Positions 55,708 to 64,000 of a DNA stretch of 64,000 nucleotides are shown piece after piece (positions within the stretch are counted from its first letter, which is position 1; each line of letters begins with the position of its first letter). Below the pieces are notes generated by a model. The model was not told the DNA's origin, did not search any database, and worked only from the letters and a program-made list of their open reading frames with translations. Position numbers and translations under genes: made by a program. This DNA is from Octopus vulgaris. Lineage: Eukaryota. The stretch spans positions 32,054,001 to 32,118,000 of the forward strand of contig OX597821.1 of assembly GCA_951406725.2 (NCBI GenBank). The letters are read 5' to 3'.

Positions 55708-55997
55708 CTACAAATAACGTTCACCAGCAAAATAATTTCGGCGAAAAGCCTTAATTACTGAGAACGTCTGAAATTTCTGCGTCTCTACTCTCTTAAACGC
55801 ATAAGAGTAAGATATACTATCATATACGTATGGAAAATCCAGAGGGCGCGTTCGAAACATGGGTATAAGAGAGGATTTTGATGCACAAACTGGTAGGCAC
55901 TTGCAGTCTGCAGATACATCATCTTCGAAATCACGAGCAAATGCAATTTTTTGTATCATTCTCATATTTAAATATCCGGAGTTGTTGAAATGCTTAC
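55708..55997 (-). CDS. Candidate exon containing an 85-aa ORF of unknown function
   Basis: CTGTTTTAG|GT acceptor-like site, open non-repetitive frame, AATATG start context. Confidence 0.22.
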
Positions 55998-56144
55998 CTA
56001 AAACAGTTTTTTAAAGACATCAGAAATATAAAAGGGATCTCTACTGAAGACCGTTGGGTTAAATCCTTGAAATAATAGCGGACTAACCAGTAATTCAAGG
56101 ATACATTCGAGGAAGATCAGCTAGTTAAAACTCAACCAAAGGCA

Positions 56145-56473
56145 GTGGGACTACGTCGGTTACGACGATGAGGTTTCCAGTTGATCCGATCAACGGAACA
56201 GCCTGCTCGGGAAATTAACCTGCAAGTGACTGAGCACTCCACAGACACGGGTACCCTTACTGTAGTTCTCGGGGAGATTCAGCGTGACACAGATTGTGAC
56301 AAGGCTGGACCTACGAAATACAGGTACGAGAGAAACAAGAAAAAGTGAGAGAAATTTGTGTTGCAAGAGTACAGTAGGGTTCTCCACCACCCCCTGCCGA
56401 AAGACTCACAACGCCCGATCTGGGAATCGAGACCGCGAGGCCGCTGTCCTAACCACTGGCCCATTGGGCCTTC
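56145..56473 (-). mobile_element. tRNA-derived SINE (same family as 62186-62550)
   Basis: Long colinear match to 62186-62550. Confidence 0.9.
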
Positions 56474-57360
56474 ACCAAAAGGCAGTGCTCCAGCATGAAT
56501 GCATGAAAGAATTGCATTCGATTTCTATAATAGATTTCCTACCTTTTTTAGCGGGCTTTAGGCAACATTTCCATAATACTGTGTCCAGTGAGAATGTAGC
56601 CCCTGGATGTTAAGTTGTAAGTAAACTAGTTATTGCGATGTTTGCTGAGCAGAAGGATCTCAAAGAGAATGAATTGGTTTTGGTAGTTGGATATTGAACG
56701 ATATATGAGAAACATACTGAAAATACATTTTGTTGTTATAATGTGTTGCTAAATTACCTTTGCTGATGTTCTCTGTTGCTACTTTCCTCAGAATAGCATG
56801 AAAGGTAATTGTGAGTAAACATCTCTCTTGTTTCATACACGCGCCGTCTTGTTTCTTTTCCTACTAAAATACAGAACTTTATACATATTTGTGAATTATG
56901 CAAACCATTTCTTAGTCTTTAGATTCAATCATTGACGGTGACTTTGTACAACAATTAAAGAATAAAAACAGAAGATAAGAATGAGATCCTAGAGCATCTG
57001 CACATCAGATTACATAAAATCAACGACAATTAGGTGAGGGTACATGCTATACAGCAATCTGACGGGAAATTACCACGAAAGTACGAAAATAATTTTAAAA
57101 TCATCTTTTGCTGAAAACTTTACCAAGGCTGATATATGAATTCTGGTTAAAAATGTTTAACATTTATTCCATATATTCTAGCAATAGACCCGTGGCAGTG
57201 GTTAGTGTATAGGATTAACCGTTAAGTTTATATTTGTTTTATATTTAATTTACCAACCGATGCTGAATCATAATAGACTATAAACTTATAAGAATTTGCT
57301 TTTCGACACAGGGGTAATACAGAAGTATGTAGGCAACTCAATAATCCCGTCCTTGACAAA

Positions 57361-57617
<257 letters not shown>

Positions 57618-58099
57618 GCATACATACATGAATACGTATACACGTGTATTCATAAAGATTTATTTAAGTTTATACAGCTACTGAAACTTCATGCCAGTGC
57701 GACCTTGCAATGATAGGTTTTATAAATCGTTTTAGTGATATATTATATTTTTTGGAATGAATGTGTCCGCTTGTAATTGGTCAGAATTAAAGAATACTAA
57801 TTACTTGTATGTTGTGACTGAATTTAGCATTAAATATAATTATGGACACATCTAGTATGGAGCCGTTTCTGATACGGTGTATGCTATTTCATGAGTGAGT
57901 GACTTTTCTAATGTGTTTATTTTGTTTCCGTCAGGAACGAATGAATTTTGGTATTGCTTGTTCAGAATGTCTTTTGTAATAAATAATACTTTCTTTTACT
58001 AATTTGATTAGGGTGCAGGAATTTTGGGAACTATATGTGTTTGTGTGTTTGGAGGTGGGCAAATCTATATCAATATCTATATTTGTCTATGTATGTATG

Positions 58100-58103
<4 letters not shown>

Positions 58104-58186
<83 letters not shown>
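58104..58186. repeat. (CT)n microsatellite
   Basis: Direct inspection. Confidence 0.98.
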
Positions 58187-58190
<4 letters not shown>

Positions 58191-58955
58191 ATACTCTCAC
58201 ACACACACACACACACTCACGCACATATATATATATATATATTCAGAAACAGAGAGAACGTGAGGTCCGAAATAAACACGCACAAACAGACACTCGCGGG
58301 CGCACACACATATATATGCATGTATGCACTTATACATATGTGTATTATATGTGCGTAACGCTGTAGTTATGCATACATACATACATACATACATACATAC
58401 ATACATACATACACACATATATATATATATATATATATATCAGTGTGTTTACGTGTATTGTGGGGGTGTACAGAAATGAGTGGTGTGCTAGTGTGTCTCT
58501 GCGTGTGATAAATATGTTATGGAACAAAATAGATAGACACTCAGTTCCAAAGTATAAAACGATGGTGGACATATGTACAGGAAAAGACAGATAGTGTCTA
58601 TAAACGTGATTATGTAAATATGGGCATCTGCGTCTGCGTATAGGCAAGAGCAGATGTGCCCATGCTTGCGTATATATACGTATTTGTCTCCTTTTCCGTG
58701 AAAGGATATGCGTATAAGTAACCACCAACAGAAAATAAAAAAATGTGTAGAGTGCCTGAATGATAATGAACCTATAATTCGCCTTACAATGTTTATCCTT
58801 GAAAGCATCACACAACAAGTAGGTAATTTGTTTCACAGACATATAGTTGTTCTGCTAATTAAACTGTCTATTGCAGTGAGGAATGCGTGCAATTCAATTT
58901 GCCAGCGTGAATACATATGCATAGATGTAGTTTTTGCTATATGTATATATATATG

Positions 58956-58987
<32 letters not shown>

Positions 58988-59035
58988 TATAGCAAAAACT
59001 ATATGTATGCATATGTATATATATATATATATATG

Positions 59036-59066
<31 letters not shown>

Positions 59067-59073
59067 GTAAATA

Positions 59074-59126
<53 letters not shown>

Positions 59127-59197
59127 TGTATATATATATGTATGTATATATGTATGTATATATATATATATATAAATATGTATATATATATGTATGT

Positions 59198-59250
<53 letters not shown>

Positions 59251-59641
59251 TATATTCATATATATATATATATATATACACGAACACACACGCATATTTA
59301 TATATATATATTTCCATGCATATGTGTATTTATTCACACCAATATATATGTATATATATGTATGTATTAATGTATGTATATAGATTGCTCGATCGATCGA
59401 TAGATAGATACATAGATAGTGGGAGAGAGATAAAGACGGGCAGACAGACAGGCAGAAATACAAAGACAGAGACAGAGTGAGACGGAGGTAGGATGAAATG
59501 GAGAGATGTACTTAATATGTTGCATACATCTCTTAATAGTATTTTAGTTCCATATTGATTTCTTGCAGTTTTGAGTGGTCGATCTTTTAATATCATAGCT
59601 TGAAGTAAAAATACTACATTTCGTTATTTCCTTTCCTTCAG

Positions 59642-59678
59642 AAATTTGTTGATGAAAAATTAGGAATATTGCTTCAAG
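59642..59678 (+). CDS. Candidate 37-nt micro-exon (KFVDEKLGILLQ)
   Basis: Strong acceptor TTATTTCCTTTCCTTCAG and donor AAG|GTAAGA; open in phase 0 to 1. Confidence 0.35.
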
Positions 59679-60419
59679 GTAAGAGATTCAAATTCTTTTG
59701 AAAAACACACGATAACTGTACGATCGTTTTAAGATACCCAAAAGCACATTTCTGAAAAATAGGATATAAATACTGGAAATATCTAGTGTAGAAAATTATG
59801 GAAGTTTATGCTATTCCAAAAAATAACGTCATTCTATAAAATGCTATTAAAACTAAGAAATCAAATCATAACAAGATAACACAAAAATACTCGGTTGTAT
59901 TTACATTTGAAAGCTTTAATCATCTAAGGAATAGCATATCATAAACGCATGAATCATGCAACATGCTGTTTGTGGAGCATTTCAGTTGAAATTTTTATTT
60001 ATATGTTGCGCTGCAAAAACATCTTCATTCCATGTATTTATTCAAAAAGTATTTTTAAAAAATGGAACTGCAGTTTTGTAACGTAGCATACACCCTGACA
60101 TACGTCATGACGTCAATCGGCCATTTTACATCCCTTTTCTTGATCTGTTGAACATCATTTGCAGTTTTTGATACGTTGTTGAAATTATTGTAACATCAAC
60201 GTGAGGAACATTTTCTGTGGAAGATGTTCTAATTTAGTCAACATATTACATTCATAACTAAAGAACCTTCACTGATGGATGTTGCTGAAATAAGATTCCT
60301 AAGATATCTCATTTAACAGATTTGATTTATGATAGTATTTCGGCAAGTATCTGCTGGTAAAATCGAAATGAAACAATCGTTGTATTATGCAACAAAGCGT
60401 GCTTGCTCCATTCAATCCC

Positions 60420-61030
60420 CCTTGTCTACACTTAATGTATGCATTCTGGTCAGTGAAATTCGAAATGCCTTCAAATTGATGAAAACAGAGAGAGCACCTG
60501 GGAAGGATGTAATCACAAGAGAGATGTTATGATCAGAAGTTAAGAGCGGTACAAAACCCCTCTTTTTGCGCTTCAATCTCTAGCTGACCGAGTTGAATGC
60601 CATCTTGCTTCATAACAGGACAGTTAAGTTTTAAAAACCTTCAACCTATATAACTAATTTTTCACCTCTGTTATTCGTTTAAAAAAGGTTATATTCAACT
60701 GATTATCGAAACACCTCGATGACCAATAGCAGGTTTCTGTATGACCTACAGTGCGAGAGATCACATATTCAGTGTAACATATTTCACAGAACGAGATTCT
60801 TCTGTATATCTCTTTCGTTGGTTACGAAAATGCCTTTTATGGCGTCGAGATGGATACATTGCTGAATTTCCTGTAAATGCAAGGTGGCGCAACAATAAAC
60901 CAAACTCTTCAGAAATGCGAACCCTGGATGCACAAAATATACAGTGCCTCTAGTAAATATTCCAATTGGGAAAAGTGTCTAGTAAGGAGCACCAAAGTTC
61001 TTTACCGCATGTCTGAAAATTGTCATCATT
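60420..61030 (+). mobile_element. Highly degenerate LINE reverse transcriptase fragment (RTE-like)
   Basis: ILVSEIRNAFKLMKTERAPGKDVITREML, AGF..YSARDHIFSV, PKFFTACL. Confidence 0.75.
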
Positions 61031-61594
61031 TAGTGGACTTTTAGGGTACAGGTAGATTCAAAACCAATAAAGATGTGCTCAGAACAAAGACTAGTCTTTG
61101 CTCAATCAGTTTTTCTTACACTAATTAATTTGTCATCATAATTTGAAAATTTATTTTTCTCGTAAATATTCTTTTTAGTTTTGGTTCTGTTCTTTAAAAT
61201 ATTCCACCATCCAAAAATTTGAATCTCACACCGAAATTTTCTCAAAACCTAATCATAATTGTTTTCAATTTTTCATTCTGTATTGCTGTTAGTGTTTTCT
61301 CTCAACTCCCTTGGAACTACATTACTACACTACAACCAAAATACAGCTGGCTACGGGATATATATATTCTAAATATCATTCCCAATTATGTTGCCAATAG
61401 CTTCCTAATCGTACTACCAACGACATTTTTCTTACTTTTTTCCAGACGACTAGCGCTCATTTTTGTATATTTTTCGACATATTATTTAACGTTTTATTTC
61501 ATACATTTGCCATTTTTAATTTTGCTTTCTATATTTTCAGTTATCTCTAGTTTCTCAATATATCACTATAGCTTTCTTGGAGATATATATATAT

Positions 61595-61970
61595 ATATAA
61601 TTATAGTAATAAGGGTTTTTGCAACAAGTTGCTTAACCACATACCGAAAAATGTAGAAATAACGGCCAAAAGACTACTATTTCCTTTTATAACAAAAATA
61701 AGTCTCCACAGACAACAATATTTGTAACTCACATATGGCAAAAAAGAAGAAAAATAATGAAATCAGACAGTCTTCGGTTAATTATGGACGTACGTTTCTG
61801 AATTGGAATCATAAGAATCATTTCCTTTATCGACATAATATTCCTATAAATCTAGAAATGCTAGATTTTTGAAGTAAAAGAAAATAGTAGTCTTTTGGCT
61901 GGTATTTCTAAAATTTTCGGTACGTGGTTAAGCAACTTGTTGCAAAAATCCTTATTATTATAATTATATA
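61595..61970. mobile_element. Fold-back element (~90-bp arms) enclosing a hammerhead-like motif
   Basis: TAATAAGGGTTTTTGCAACAAGTTGCTTAACCAC..CCAAAAGACTACTATTT is inverted at 61880-61970. Confidence 0.85.
61781..61839 (-). ncRNA. Type I hammerhead-like motif (U3-A8, U4C core)
   Basis: ATTATG TCGATAA A..stem II region.. GAAA CGTACG TC CATAAT: 6-bp stem I, palindromic stem III, GUC triplet. Confidence 0.5.
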
Positions 61971-62067
61971 AATTTTTACCGAATATGGTCCTTTTCCATA
62001 ACGAAATACTACTAGGTGAAATTTGTTGATTATATTAAATTAATTATATTTCACCTTATATCTGTAA

Positions 62068-62109
<42 letters not shown>

Positions 62110-62185
62110 TGTGCACATGTACAAATGCGGTTGTCTGTATCATACATATTTCAGTATTAGTACTGCTTTACACATTGATGTATAT

Positions 62186-62550
62186 AGGAGCACTCTGTCG
62201 GTTGCGACGATGAGGGTCCCAGCTGATACGATCAACGGAACAGCTTGCTCGTGATATTAACGTGCAAGTGGCTGAGCACTCCACAGACACGTGTACCCTT
62301 AACGTAGTTCTCGAGGAGATTCAGCGTGACACACAGAATGTGACAAGGCTGGCCCTTTGAAATACAGGTACAAGAGAAACAGGAAGAAAGAGCGAGAGAA
62401 AGTTGTGGTGAAAGAGTACAGCAGGGTTCACCACCACCCCCTGCCGGAGCCTCGTGGAGCTTTAGGTGTTTTCGCTCAATAAACACTCACAATGCCCGGT
62501 TTGGGAATCGAAACCGCGATCCTCCGACCACTGGGCCATTGCGCCTCCAC
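62186..62550 (-). mobile_element. tRNA-derived SINE, near full length
   Basis: Minus strand TGGAGGCGCAATGGCCCAGTGGTC..CGCGGTTTCGATTCCC. Confidence 0.9.
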
Positions 62551-62858
62551 ACATTGATGTAAACAGACTAACGATGTGTAATGACATACGGAGTATGACA
62601 CTAATGTTTACAAGAAAATCAACAACAAATTACTTGTGTTTGATACGGATTACATTCATGATAATTTGAATTATTTATCCACTATCTATATATTGAAGAT
62701 TTCTATGGTATCAAGTGCTGACATTTTCTTCAATGACGTCTAACATTGCTGTTGCTTTCTATTTTTTATTTGCTTTTGGTGGTCATGGTAACGATGAGGT
62801 TACTGATGATATCTGTTATAACAGTGAGAAATATTCTTGTCATAATAATAATGATAGC

Positions 62859-62901
<43 letters not shown>

Positions 62902-62919
62902 TTAATAATAATAATTATT

Positions 62920-63324
62920 GGATCTTTTCGGTTTGAATGTCAGTTTTTAACATAATTTCTAGGTAACTAAAAAAATTTAAACTTCGTATACTGGTAGAAT
63001 GTGTTTATAAAACATCTTTTTCTCTTGGTTTTATTGAGAAAATTCTATAGTTTGTAAGATATTTGTTGCTTTTTTTCTGAAATTTCAACCAATGACTGGC
63101 ATCTATTGAGGTAAAAACATTCTGTGCCGTTTGAATATGTCCCTCGTTTAAGAAACAGATTGGGTTTATTTACAATTGTGAAGAAAAAAAGATACCCTTC
63201 CCCCACCCATAACTCTAACCCTAAAACAGATTGGAATGCAATAGATCGATACTAGGGTCATACTTATGGGTGACAATTCCATACGACACCGCTAGAAAAA
63301 CTGCCGTTCAAACCGAAAAGATCC
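62920..63324. mobile_element. MITE (405 bp) with GGATCTTTTCGGTTTGAA TIRs, flanked by (TAA)n on the left and (TTA)n on the right
   Basis: 18-bp perfect TIR extending to ~30 bp imperfect. Confidence 0.9.
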
Positions 63325-63326
63325 TA

Positions 63327-63386
<60 letters not shown>

Positions 63387-63670
63387 ATTATTGCCAGAGC
63401 AGGCGGTGTGTTTTTGGAGCGCTGTAATTTTTATGTTAAATTCATTTGTTTTAAAAGGTTCAAAACTGTATTTTATTGGCTAAAGCGTTTTTCAAGCCAG
63501 CTGCCCTTTGGTGGGGTGGCTGAAGTTTGTTAAGTGAAATGCCATTTTGGGGAGATAGAAACCTTTTTTTATTTTCAAATTTCTTGCAAAATTTGCTTCG
63601 AAGAAAGTAAACAGTGAAGATAGCGACGAAAAGCGGGAGTGAGGAAGGAAGGTAGAACAGCAATACTCAC

Positions 63671-64000
63671 GAGGACTTCTCTGTCCTTCCCTCTATGATT
63701 GTTTCTCTCTTTCTTCGTTCTTTTGCATTTCTTTCATCACTTGGATGCGTGGAGGAGTCCGTGTCTTGTATGTTGTCCTCTCGATTTGATTGTTGTGGTT
63801 CTCTTGTATTGGTAGTAGTAGTTGTTGTTGCTGCTGCTACTGTAGCTTCCGCATCTGCTGCTCGTACTACTCCCACTGCCACCTTTTCTGTAACACCTGC
63901 CTGTTTTGTCTCCGAGGGGCCATTTCTGTTTCTATTCCTTTGCCTTCCTGTTGTTGAAGTTCTTGTAGTTTTTCACGACACACGGGTTGCAGTAGCGGAA
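63671..64000 (-). other. Candidate exon (5'UTR or low-complexity coding) running off the window edge
   Basis: GC-richer unique sequence ending at consensus donor CTC|GTGAGT (63670); one frame open 63972-63671 without an ATG. Confidence 0.4.

Noticed and set aside
56040-56085. CTGAAGA...GAAA string
   Set aside because: Stems I to III cannot be formed convincingly.

Overview
AT-rich eukaryotic DNA dominated by microsatellites and transposon debris. The SINE families and repeat landscape resemble an octopus or other cephalopod genome (inference from pattern recognition, not a search). No complete host gene is visible, and almost all long ORFs in the track are microsatellite artefacts. Recognisable elements are two Tc1 copies (a DD34E copy with long IR/DR ends and a DD36E-spaced copy), four mariner copies (one near full length), Helitron fragments with PIF1 helicase pieces, Penelope-like element (PLE) GIY-YIG and RT fragments, RTE LINE fragments with a matching non-autonomous partner, many tRNA-derived SINEs and several MITE/fold-back elements. 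The most notable signal is a set of small PLE-type repeats, three of them fold-backs, that carry type I hammerhead-like folds found by manual pairing. Their cores include canonical C3-G8, compensatory U3-A8 and G3-C8, and a family-wide A6U variant. A few candidate exons are flagged at low confidence, including a minus-strand ORF with SUMO/ubiquitin-like spacing.
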